Origin: Spirochaetota bacterium
Lineage (GTDB): Bacteria > Spirochaetota > Spirochaetia > CAKZLE01
Reading direction: 5' to 3'
NCBI GenBank assembly: GCA_051745285.1
Contig: JBNJDX010000004.1
Span: forward strand, 1,651-65,650
DNA length: 64,000 nt
The position numbers were made by a program, and so were the translations under genes. The notes below the pieces were generated by a model, which was not told the DNA's origin, searched no databases, and saw only the letters and a program-made list of their open reading frames with translations. Positions 20,698 through 29,343 of this stretch are shown here, in pieces (position 1 is the stretch's first letter; every line of letters begins with the position of its first letter).

Positions 20698-21935
20698 AGT
20701 TCCAGCTCCTCGTACATACGCCGCAGCGGGATGTGGTGTTTTTCTGCAAGGCGCCTTACATCCTCATACTCCGCTTTCCGGGTGACCATTTCTCCCTTCC
20801 AGTAGAATCGCTTAATCCTGACAGTGCCGTAGGCTGTCTCTTTCTCGATATAATCGCGCTCCAGGGCGCTTTGATCCACTACCCAACTGTGCACCCCAGC
20901 TGTAGTTGTCTCCCGAAAGAGGAGGTCCTGCAGTTCCTGCTCTTTGCTTCTGGAGGCCATCATGCTCAAAAGAGTTCCGGGTCTGCCTTTCTTCATGCTG
21001 ACTGCACTTGTCCAGACATCTTTTGCCCCGGCTGCCCGCAGTCTTTCACATACAGCCCCGAAGAGTTCGGGATTCATATCATCAATAACTGTCTCCATCC
21101 TGATTACCTCCTCGCCTGTGCTGCCTGTTCCCTCTTCGGCAAGACAGACACGAAGCACATTGGGAACCTCTGCATCCCGACTGCCGGCACCGTAGCCCAT
21201 GGTATGTATCACAACATCGGTTTGGGTCACAAACTCATCAACTACCGCAGCCAGTATGGCAGCTCCAGTGGGTGTCGTGGCTTCAAAGTCGACTGCCCCG
21301 GACCGCACCGGGATACCGCGAAGTATCTCTGCTGTTGCGGGAGCGGGGACCGGCATAGTTCCATGGGCGCAACGGACATACCCGCCGCCGAGCTGAGGTG
21401 GAAAAGAGATAATTTTCTCAGGCTTAAGGTAATCTATGGCAACTGCTGCCGCAACAATGTCTATAATGGAATCTATGGCACCAACCTCATGGAAATGGAC
21501 CTCATCGATCCGCCTGCCGTGCACTTTTGCCTCAGCCTCGGCAACTTTTGAAAACATGGCCTCAGCCAGGTGCTTAACCTGCTCTGAAAGCGAGCTGGCA
21601 TGTACAATTTCCAGTATATCAGTAAGAGTGCGGTGATGGTGGGATGCCTTGTGGTTTTTGTGATGCGTATGCTCACCATCGTCGCCATGGTGGTGATGTT
21701 CACCGTGGTGAGATTCAGTTTCATACCTGGCAGGCTCATCGTCAGTTTCCACATGCGCCCGCGTAGCAGTAATACCACTGCGCTGTTCCTGCGTAAAGGA
21801 GAGTCTCCATCCAGTAAGATTCAGTGTTTTCAGAGCATGTATCAGGTGCTCTGGGGGGACACCTGCATCGACCATTGCTCCGATGTGCATATCTCCACTT
21901 ATCCCAGCAAAAGGATCATATAGTAATATACTCAT
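20694..21935 (-). CDS. larC: nickel insertase LarC
   Basis: GISGDM, His-rich insert, VHFHEVGAIDSIIDI, PVPAPAT, TPTGAA, MKKGRPG, EYED. Confidence 0.96.
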   Translation of the reverse strand: MSILLYDPFAGISGDMHIGAMVDAGVPPEHLIHALKTLNLTGWRLSFTQEQRSGITATRAHVETDDEPARYETESHHGEHHHHGDDGEHTHHKNHKASHHHRTLTDILEIVHASSLSEQVKHLAEAMFSKVAEAEAKVHGRRIDEVHFHEVGAIDSIIDIVAAAVAIDYLKPEKIISFPPQLGGGYVRCAHGTMPVPAPATAEILRGIPVRSGAVDFEATTPTGAAILAAVVDEFVTQTDVVIHTMGYGAGSRDAEVPNVLRVCLAEEGTGSTGEEVIRMETVIDDMNPELFGAVCERLRAAGAKDVWTSAVSMKKGRPGTLLSMMASRSKEQELQDLLFRETTTAGVHSWVVDQSALERDYIEKETAYGTVRIKRFYWKGEMVTRKAEYEDVRRLAEKHHIPLRRMYEELEL

Positions 21936-21953
21936 GTTCTACTCCTCATGTCT

Positions 21954-23087
21954 TCATTTATCTCTAGTAGCCCTGATTCCGCTACCGTCTACCACATAGC
22001 TTCCAACCCCTGCACAGCTTCTGCATAAAAGCGGCTCTCTAGATGCTTCTTTACCCTCCATAAACGATTCACCGCACGTCGAGCAGACCAACGTCGCTCG
22101 CATGGGAGCATAATCAGGTAGTTCCATTTGAGAGTCCTGCATGGAAAACAGCTTGCCTGACGGTATATCCAGAAGCGAGAGACTCGCTTGTCGGGAAGCC
22201 TCTTTGAAGGCCTTCAGCTGTCCGGTATCCCGCAGCTGATTACAGATGACCGCATCGAATAGCCTCCTATACTCGGGATCAAAGTGTTCGAACAATGCAG
22301 GCCCGGTCAGCTGCTGCACAATACGTATCCCCTGACCTCCCCGCAAAGCAAATGTAACCGCCGTTTTCCCCGTATCCTTGTACAACAGCGAATTATTGCC
22401 GAATGTGCACCCGCTGACAAACTGAATACCGTCAGCAAAACAGCTGTTAATCTCGATGATGGCAACCAGCTCTTCCAATCCCTCGGATCCGAGTAGCTGT
22501 GCTACCGAGCAATCGACAAGCTTCGCCAGTGCGTGCAGGCCATCAACCGCGGCAACCACGCCGAGCGCGAGGCCCGGACAGAAATGACCGTGAAGCGTTG
22601 CAGCCTTCACTAACAGTTGCTTGTAGTGGCGTTGCCTGATGAGTCCGACAGCCTCCGCACGCGGATGCTGCAAGATAACCTGTGCTTCCAGTTCCTGTCG
22701 GTTGGGCATGTCAGTATTCACAGAAAAGGGCTTGATATCGAGCACGGGCGAGTGGTTCAGCGCATCCAGCCCGCGAACGGTCAGGACATTGCCTTCCCTC
22801 GAGAGCAGTTCCACTGTCGTAAGGCCGATTGCCCCAGGCCGATACGGGCTGCGGCAGGCAAACACACCCTTCTGATCGCCGTAGTACCACGGACCCTTAA
22901 GCCGGACAGACTCCGACTTGTGAAAGTGGAAGAGAACCTGCAGATAGGTGTTGGACTCGATGTCAAACAGTCCGTCAGTATAAGCCTCGAACACTTCAAT
23001 CGTACTTACATGGGTCTTCATTTCAAATGGATCAGCCGGTTCGTTGAAGCGACTGTGCACGATTCCTATCTCTTCAATATATGCCAT
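21954..23087 (-). CDS. TrmO/TsaA SAM-binding domain fused to FmdE domain and C-terminal Zn finger
   Basis: GVFACRSPYRP..IGLT..GLDALNHSPVLDIKP (TrmO); HGHFCPGLALG, CFADGIQ..SGCTFGN (FmdE); CSTCGE...CRSC. Confidence 0.85.
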   Translation of the reverse strand: MAYIEEIGIVHSRFNEPADPFEMKTHVSTIEVFEAYTDGLFDIESNTYLQVLFHFHKSESVRLKGPWYYGDQKGVFACRSPYRPGAIGLTTVELLSREGNVLTVRGLDALNHSPVLDIKPFSVNTDMPNRQELEAQVILQHPRAEAVGLIRQRHYKQLLVKAATLHGHFCPGLALGVVAAVDGLHALAKLVDCSVAQLLGSEGLEELVAIIEINSCFADGIQFVSGCTFGNNSLLYKDTGKTAVTFALRGGQGIRIVQQLTGPALFEHFDPEYRRLFDAVICNQLRDTGQLKAFKEASRQASLSLLDIPSGKLFSMQDSQMELPDYAPMRATLVCSTCGESFMEGKEASREPLLCRSCAGVGSYVVDGSGIRATRDK

Positions 23088-23102
23088 TGTATACTCCCTC
23101 TA

Positions 23103-23864
23103 TCACCGTAAGCGGTTTGGTATCACCATGGGACGATCCTGATGCCACTGCAGCTCCACAGGTACATCGTACACGGCCTCAATCAGCTCAGTGGTCAGCT
23201 CTTCCCCCACTGCCCTTGAGATCACCTCTCCCGAGCGTAAAAACACAAATTGATCCGCGTAGCGAAACGCTGTATTCAAATCGTGCATGGTAATGAGCAC
23301 CTGCAACTGCTCTGCAGCTGCTATATCCTGAAGCATATCCAGAATGTGTATCTGATTTCGTAAATCCAAAGCTGCAGTGGGCTCATCAAGCAGCAAGATA
23401 GGTGTGCGTTGCACGAGAGCCCGTGCGATTGATACCTTCTGCAGCTCACCCCCGCTAAGGGCACTGAGGGGACGCATCGCCAAACCTTTCAGTTGCAGTC
23501 TGCTTAGCACCGCCTCAACTGCCGCATAATCCCTACCCGAAGCAGTAAATCTCACATGCGGGATTCTGCCGAGCATTACCGCATCGAAGACCGTAATACT
23601 GCCGCTGCTGCAGCGCTGCGGCACATAAGCAATATACCGTGCAGTCTCCCGCGCATGATAGGTGTGTATCCTTCTCCCATTGAGGAGCACCTGACCGCTG
23701 TTCGGCTTGAGCATTCCTGTCAGGCACCTCAGCAAGGTTGTCTTGCCCGCTCCGTTTGGTCCGAGAACTGCCGTGATCCCGGGGGTATCCAGGCTGAGAC
23801 TTACCTGCTTGAGGATGGTATGGGCTGAGACCGCAACGGTGAGGTCTTCTGCATGCAAAGTCAA
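23103..23864 (-). CDS. FecE/BtuD-type ABC transporter ATP-binding protein
   Basis: GPNGAGKT, LSGGE, LLLDEPT; probable TTG start overlapping the permease TGA. Confidence 0.92.
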   Translation of the reverse strand: MTLHAEDLTVAVSAHTILKQVSLSLDTPGITAVLGPNGAGKTTLLRCLTGMLKPNSGQVLLNGRRIHTYHARETARYIAYVPQRCSSGSITVFDAVMLGRIPHVRFTASGRDYAAVEAVLSRLQLKGLAMRPLSALSGGELQKVSIARALVQRTPILLLDEPTAALDLRNQIHILDMLQDIAAAEQLQVLITMHDLNTAFRYADQFVFLRSGEVISRAVGEELTTELIEAVYDVPVELQWHQDRPMVIPNRLR

Positions 23865-24898
23865 CGTGTATACCCCCTGACCAATAAGTAGATAAACACT
23901 GGAGCCCCGAGGAAGGCCGTAACGATTGCTGCGGGCAGTACTCGCGGAGCGATAATTAAACGTGCTACCAGATCTGAGGCTGCCAGCAGTGTCGACCCCG
24001 TAACGATGGTGCCGACAAGAAACCACCGATTCCCATCCCCAAGCAGACGGCGGGTGATATGGGGGGCAGCCAGGCCGATAAAGCCGATTACACCGACAAA
24101 GGCGATGGTTACTGCAGTAACAAGCGAGGCGCAGGCCATACCGACAAGGCGAACCCGGGTCACCGGGACGCCAAGCCCCCGGGCTGTCTCATCCCCTAGA
24201 AGCATGGCGTGCAAGCTCCAGCGGTGGAACAGAAAATAGAACCCGACCAGTCCGAGAGCTGCCGCCATAATCCGCAGCTCTCCCCAGCCAGCCCGGGCAG
24301 TGTCACCGAAGGTCCAGAAGACCATGGCTGAAAGCTGTACGTCATCTGCAAAATATTGCAGGAGCATAGTACCGGCTTGAAACAACGATGAGAGGGCGAC
24401 CCCGGCAAGCACCATGACCTCCGGAGAAGATTTTTTTACATGGGAGATCAGCAAAATCACGGCTGCAGCTACCATTGAGGAAAGAAAGGCAGCTGCAGTA
24501 GTACCGTAGACTGCCCAGGAAGTGGCACTGAGACCAGCGTGATAAAACAGCACCCAAAAGGCCGCCCCAAAAGCGGCGGCATTGGAAATGCCCAACGTGA
24601 ACGGTGAACCCAACGGATTTTGCAGGATAATCTGCATGACCGCTCCGGCCAGAGCTAAAGCTCCCCCCGCTGTGATAGCTGTGAGCACCTGAGGAAGCCG
24701 AATACCCATTACCACTGCATGCTCTCTGGTGGTTCCTCCCGGCGAGAACAGGATCGAGAAGACCCTGGGGGTCGGAATTGAGATAGCCCCTACAGCCACA
24801 GAAATAACTGCAATGCTCGCCAGGAGCAGAAGGAGACCCGAGACCGTCAGGGTGGAGACTCTCATATACCGCCGGTAGTCAGATGGAATCTGATTCAA
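23861..24898 (-). CDS. FecCD/BtuC-type ABC transporter permease
   Basis: IRLPQ, LQNPLGSPFTLGIS, LGDETARGLG, GVIGFIGLAAPH. Confidence 0.95.
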   Translation of the reverse strand: MNQIPSDYRRYMRVSTLTVSGLLLLLASIAVISVAVGAISIPTPRVFSILFSPGGTTREHAVVMGIRLPQVLTAITAGGALALAGAVMQIILQNPLGSPFTLGISNAAAFGAAFWVLFYHAGLSATSWAVYGTTAAAFLSSMVAAAVILLISHVKKSSPEVMVLAGVALSSLFQAGTMLLQYFADDVQLSAMVFWTFGDTARAGWGELRIMAAALGLVGFYFLFHRWSLHAMLLGDETARGLGVPVTRVRLVGMACASLVTAVTIAFVGVIGFIGLAAPHITRRLLGDGNRWFLVGTIVTGSTLLAASDLVARLIIAPRVLPAAIVTAFLGAPVFIYLLVRGYTR

Positions 24899-26052
24899 GG
24901 CAACTCCTCCCTGTCGAGCAGGATGGTAGAAAATCCGAGCTGGTCCAATGAGCTGTTGAGGCGTTCAAATACGGCCTCACCTACCAAAAACGTATATAGT
25001 TCGTCAGCCCGTTTGACAGGATCAATATCGGAAAACTGTTTTGGATAGAGCACCTTTCCCACGTAGTAGGCATTAGCAAGAGCGGATCCATAGTTCAGGC
25101 TATACCAGTTGTAGGGGAGCAGACCATATACAGAGCCCCTTTGAACTGCTTGAAGATGGGTAAAAACCGGATCATGTGAGAGCTGATACAAGGCGCTTTC
25201 AGTTGTGCCAAGCTGCAGGGTAGCCGTATCGAGAAACAGGTAATCAGGGTCCCATGCAAGCAGTTGTTCTTTCGAAATCTGCGCATGCTGCTGCTCTCTC
25301 AGGGGAATCTGGGGGTCGAAAGGAGCATGCCTGACTCCCAGGAGCAAGAATGGGGGATAGGCAGGCTCTGTAGCGGTTATCCCCTGGGGTCCCTGATAGG
25401 CCACACCCCCGACATAGCATAGTGGGTTTGAATCAGCTTGTTCACTGCGGTGCGCGAGATCTTCAATAGTCTCTTCTATAAAATCAACGACTTCTTCTGA
25501 CCGCTCACTCCGCCCGATCACAGTTCCCATGCGACGCAAGCTCGCATACAAATCATCTCTACCGTAGGTTAGGTTCCCGTAGGAGAGTGCTACCACCGGT
25601 ATCCCGGTTTTCTTTTGCAGTTCATCCGGATCGTAACCGGCCTCCGGAAATGTCTTGAAAATCACCTGGGGTGCGGGGTCAAGGCCTAAGATCAGCTCGG
25701 GATTGTCGTTCCCCCGAAACTGTCCAAATACCGGCAGCCGGGAAAGTTCCGGGTGGGCAATGGCATATGGCCGCGCTTCGTATTCACTCGCTGAGCTCTC
25801 TATATCGTCAACGGCTACTGCCATCTCAGAGGCCTGGAGATAGACAAGCAGACGAAGAGCCCCGGCTCCCGAGCAGATCACCCGCTGGACATCCCGGGGG
25901 ACATCTACTACCCGCCCCAGGGAGTCGGTAATGGTTATCATCTGCTCGTTATCACCACCGGGAGCCTCGAAGTTTCCTTGTGCAATGGCTGCAGCTGTCA
26001 CCAGCAAGAGCAGCATGATCAATGCACCACGGGCATAGACACGTTGTTCCAT
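24895..26052 (-). CDS. TroA/BtuF-like metal-chelate ABC substrate-binding protein
   Basis: Signal peptide, ITDSLGRVVDVP, ISKEQLLAWDPD, AVQRGSVY. Confidence 0.9.
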   Translation of the reverse strand: MEQRVYARGALIMLLLLVTAAAIAQGNFEAPGGDNEQMITITDSLGRVVDVPRDVQRVICSGAGALRLLVYLQASEMAVAVDDIESSASEYEARPYAIAHPELSRLPVFGQFRGNDNPELILGLDPAPQVIFKTFPEAGYDPDELQKKTGIPVVALSYGNLTYGRDDLYASLRRMGTVIGRSERSEEVVDFIEETIEDLAHRSEQADSNPLCYVGGVAYQGPQGITATEPAYPPFLLLGVRHAPFDPQIPLREQQHAQISKEQLLAWDPDYLFLDTATLQLGTTESALYQLSHDPVFTHLQAVQRGSVYGLLPYNWYSLNYGSALANAYYVGKVLYPKQFSDIDPVKRADELYTFLVGEAVFERLNSSLDQLGFSTILLDREELP

Positions 26053-26194
26053 CGTTGTTTCTCGCCTTTTCGTGTTATTGTATCAAGGTTACCACCACGA
26101 AACTCACTTTACAACCATTTTACACCAAAATTTTACATGTTTCACCAACCTGTTGCAGCTTTTCAAATGCGTTATCGCCAGTTATACTGTTGGC

Positions 26195-26980
26195 ATGGAT
26201 ATGCAGGGAAAACTATTGCAGCCCGAACGCCTGGCAGAGATAACAAAACTTCTTGAAGAGCGTGGAACAGTGAAGGTGGGGGAGATCTCCACTCGCCTCC
26301 GAGTCTCCGAAAACACCGTCAGGAGAGACTTGATCGAACTGGAACGACAAGGGCTCTGCCAGCGAACCAAAGGGGGCGCGACAAAAACCGAGGACCGGCA
26401 GCGCGCAAACCCCTTCACGAGACGACACAACCAGTACCATGGTGACAAACACTCCATAGCCCTCCGGGCAGCTGAATTGGTTCACAGTGGATCAACAATT
26501 ATCATCGACTCGGGAACCACAGCTGCAGAACTAGCCCTCCAACTCACCGCCAAACGTCATATTACAGTGATTACACCATCACTTGCCGCGGCCAATGTAC
26601 TCGCGGACATCCCAGAGATTACCCTGATTCTTCCCGGAGGGGTTATGAATGCCTCCTCACGTTCTTTGACGGGGAGCCCGGCAGAGGATTTTTTCTCCTC
26701 TATTCACGCTGATATCCTGTTTCTGGCTGTGAAAGCAGTATCCGCCGAAGGGGGGCTTGCAGATCACAATATCGCTGAAACTGCCGTCAAGAGGAGCATG
26801 ATTTCCTGCTCTGATCGTGTAGTAGTGCTTGCGGATCATTCAAAGATTGGAAAGACAGCCCTCAGCAAAATTGCGGAAATCAAGCAGGCTGATACCATTA
26901 TCACTGATTCCCAGGCAAACCAACAAGAACTGGAAAAGATTACCCGCTTGGGATTAACGGTTCTGACTGCTGGTAGGTAA
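26195..26980 (+). CDS. DeoR/GlpR family transcriptional regulator
   Basis: VSENTVRRDLIELE HTH, IIDSGTT, ADHSKIG; start 26195 or 26201. Confidence 0.93.
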   Translation: MDMQGKLLQPERLAEITKLLEERGTVKVGEISTRLRVSENTVRRDLIELERQGLCQRTKGGATKTEDRQRANPFTRRHNQYHGDKHSIALRAAELVHSGSTIIIDSGTTAAELALQLTAKRHITVITPSLAAANVLADIPEITLILPGGVMNASSRSLTGSPAEDFFSSIHADILFLAVKAVSAEGGLADHNIAETAVKRSMISCSDRVVVLADHSKIGKTALSKIAEIKQADTIITDSQANQQELEKITRLGLTVLTAGR

Positions 26981-26982
26981 TT

Positions 26983-27906
26983 CTAACCCCGGTGCTTCAC
27001 GAAGGTGTCATCATCTAGTTCCTGCACTGCTGTGCGTATCTCGTCACGGGTGTTCATAACGATCGGGCCGTGCCAGGCCACCGGCTCACCTATTGGTTTG
27101 CCAGCTATCAGCAGCACCTGCAGCGGTTTCTCACCGCTGGAAAACAGAACTTGTTCCCCGTCGTCTGAAAAGAGTACTACACTTTTTGCCTCCACGGGCA
27201 CTCGCTCTCCCTCCGGTTCGGCTACATACACACGCTGTATTTTATCTGCCTCTCCCTGAGGAAGGAGTTCACGGTCCAACCACGCACGGCCATTGATTAT
27301 GTAGGCAAAAACAGTATACCCGGAAGGAACCGAATGAGTGTATTCTGTAAGCGGCGGCAGCAGTATGTCGAAATATTCAGGCTGGATAACCACGTCAGAA
27401 ACAGGGCCTTGAGTGCCTTCCAATTGCCCGGCAATCACCCGTACCGTGGCACCGGAATTCAGTTTGACCTCAGGAATCTGCTCACTGGTCACATCACGAT
27501 AGCGGGGCTGCATCATCTTTTGATCAGCCGGCAGGTTTGCCCAAAGCTGGAATCCATGCATCCTCCCGAATTCATCACCCCTTGGCATTTCCTGATGGAT
27601 AATACCGCTCCCGGCGGTCATCCACTGGACATCACCGCTTTGTATCGTTCCCTGATTTTGCAGGCTGTCTCCGTGGTCGACCTCACCGGCTAGCACATAG
27701 GTAATTGTCTCAATACCGCGATGAGGATGCCAAGGGAACCCCTTCAAGTAATCATCGGGGGTATTAGAGCTGAAATCATCAAAGAGTAAGAATGGGTCAA
27801 ACAGGGGAACTTCATGATAGCCGAAGAGCCGGTGAAGATGCACACCAGCTCCCTCTCGTGTCGGGTTCCCCGCCAGTATTCGTGCAATAGAGCGAGAGTG
27901 ATTCAT
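26983..27906 (-). CDS. pirin family cupin protein
   Basis: DPFLLFD, GFPWHPHRGIETITY, WMTAGSGIIHQE, GPIVMN. Confidence 0.95.
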   Translation of the reverse strand: MNHSRSIARILAGNPTREGAGVHLHRLFGYHEVPLFDPFLLFDDFSSNTPDDYLKGFPWHPHRGIETITYVLAGEVDHGDSLQNQGTIQSGDVQWMTAGSGIIHQEMPRGDEFGRMHGFQLWANLPADQKMMQPRYRDVTSEQIPEVKLNSGATVRVIAGQLEGTQGPVSDVVIQPEYFDILLPPLTEYTHSVPSGYTVFAYIINGRAWLDRELLPQGEADKIQRVYVAEPEGERVPVEAKSVVLFSDDGEQVLFSSGEKPLQVLLIAGKPIGEPVAWHGPIVMNTRDEIRTAVQELDDDTFVKHRG

Positions 27907-28019
27907 GGCCTACCTCCCTGGATCCTGAAGATATCCTAAAAGCCATTACACACGCGGTGTTTCTCCATTCGCCTGCACAACATCCCGTGTCTATGTCTTT
28001 TTTTATAGTTCCAGGCAAC

Positions 28020-28058
28020 AAGACTGGGAAGGTCGTACTAGGTGACCTCTCTAGTCTT
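28020..28058 (-). terminator. putative intrinsic terminator
   Basis: Imperfect hairpin AAGACTGGGAAGGTC...GACCTCTCTAGTCTT just after the 28070 stop. Confidence 0.45.
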
Positions 28059-28069
28059 CTTTTCGGCGC

Positions 28070-28429
28070 CTACTCGCGCCCTTCCCCGGAATCGGTCTGC
28101 TTTGAGGAACCGCCTTGCGACTTGCGCTGAGCCTTTTCCTGTGCTGCCTTCACCTTCTCGGCTGAGGCTGTGGCTTTCCGTTCCCTCTTTACATCTCTGA
28201 CTGCTCTACGAAGCGGAAGCCACCAGACAAACCCGAAAACCAGGCACATAAGAAAATTCCCCCAGGGGTTTGTTCCCGTTTTTTTACCGACCCATAGACC
28301 GACAAACAGGTATTCAAGCACATTCACAGCCAATAGCAGTACCAACAGGTACCACCAAGACCAGCTAATCTGCACAATGATAGCAACCGCCCACAGCAAA
28401 ATCATGATAACGTAGGCATACCATTTCAT
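28070..28429 (-). CDS. small membrane protein of unknown function
   Basis: Three TM segments plus a charged tail; AGGAG SD. Confidence 0.65.
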   Translation of the reverse strand: MKWYAYVIMILLWAVAIIVQISWSWWYLLVLLLAVNVLEYLFVGLWVGKKTGTNPWGNFLMCLVFGFVWWLPLRRAVRDVKRERKATASAEKVKAAQEKAQRKSQGGSSKQTDSGEGRE

Positions 28430-28507
28430 AACATCATCTCCTAAACTCTACACTTCCTAGTGTGAGTATAAAACAGATATCAGCCTGACACAACACATAG
28501 CCGCGTC

Positions 28508-29251
28508 TCAGCAGCGATGGTAGACTTTCCGCGAATACCGGTGAATTACCGGAGTACCCTTCCCGTTGCGTACAGCCCTGAGGACCCCTTCAACGTCCAC
28601 TGGAACAGTCCCGGCTAACACCTTTACCGGAAAATCACTATAGATCTCCGGTATCATAATTGTTGAAGGCCCCATCACGACAGCAGGAAGTGCCCTTCCC
28701 TTCAGCTGCTCAAATACATCCTCCATACTGTTATTGATCAGGCTGGTTGCAGTTACGATCATTGCATCTGCATCCTGTCTCACCCATTGATAGAATTCGT
28801 CTTTACTGCCTACTCCCTTTCCAATGTCGTAGGCATGGACCGTTATGCCGGCACTCTCAAGCTGTTTGACAACCGGTCCGAAATAACCGACCATCGCACA
28901 GCTGCTGCCGGAAATAAGGCCAAGATCGTCAAACAGTGTTCCGGGGTCATCTTCGCAGGCCTCAGCATACCGATAGTTGAGCGCATTTATCAGGGCAATG
29001 ACTGCTGTCCTAGTGATCGTGTTCTGGGACGAGAGCTTCTCGAGAAGCACATCTGCACGGCTTCCCTCAACTTCAAAGGACTCCTTGAACAGCGTACAAC
29101 TCGCCTTTCCGTCAATCCATGTACTGCACAGACCACACCGGCCGTCCTCAAGTGTCAGCGCTGAGTACCCCAGTCCCAGATGGAGCTGAGAAATTACCGC
29201 ATGGGAAGCCTCAGACTGCATATGCTTGTAGAGTTTTGTATTCAAGTCCAT
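28508..29251 (-). CDS. DUF364 / DUF4213 Rossmann-like putative heavy-metal chelation protein
   Basis: ALINAL, MVGYFGP, ADAMIVTATSLINNS, MGPST; AGGAGG SD. Confidence 0.8.
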   Translation of the reverse strand: MDLNTKLYKHMQSEASHAVISQLHLGLGYSALTLEDGRCGLCSTWIDGKASCTLFKESFEVEGSRADVLLEKLSSQNTITRTAVIALINALNYRYAEACEDDPGTLFDDLGLISGSSCAMVGYFGPVVKQLESAGITVHAYDIGKGVGSKDEFYQWVRQDADAMIVTATSLINNSMEDVFEQLKGRALPAVVMGPSTIMIPEIYSDFPVKVLAGTVPVDVEGVLRAVRNGKGTPVIHRYSRKVYHRC

Positions 29252-29343
29252 CACAGGTTCCTCCTTCTGGTAACCCAATTCCCGGGTTGCAAAACATAAC
29301 TGTGTTCAAGTATGCCATTGCACCCCCACGAAAACAATGGTCT

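Noticed and set aside
20733-21551. 272-aa plus-strand ORF
   Set aside because: Antisense shadow of larC with no motifs or SD; the same applies to the many other short antisense ORFs in the track
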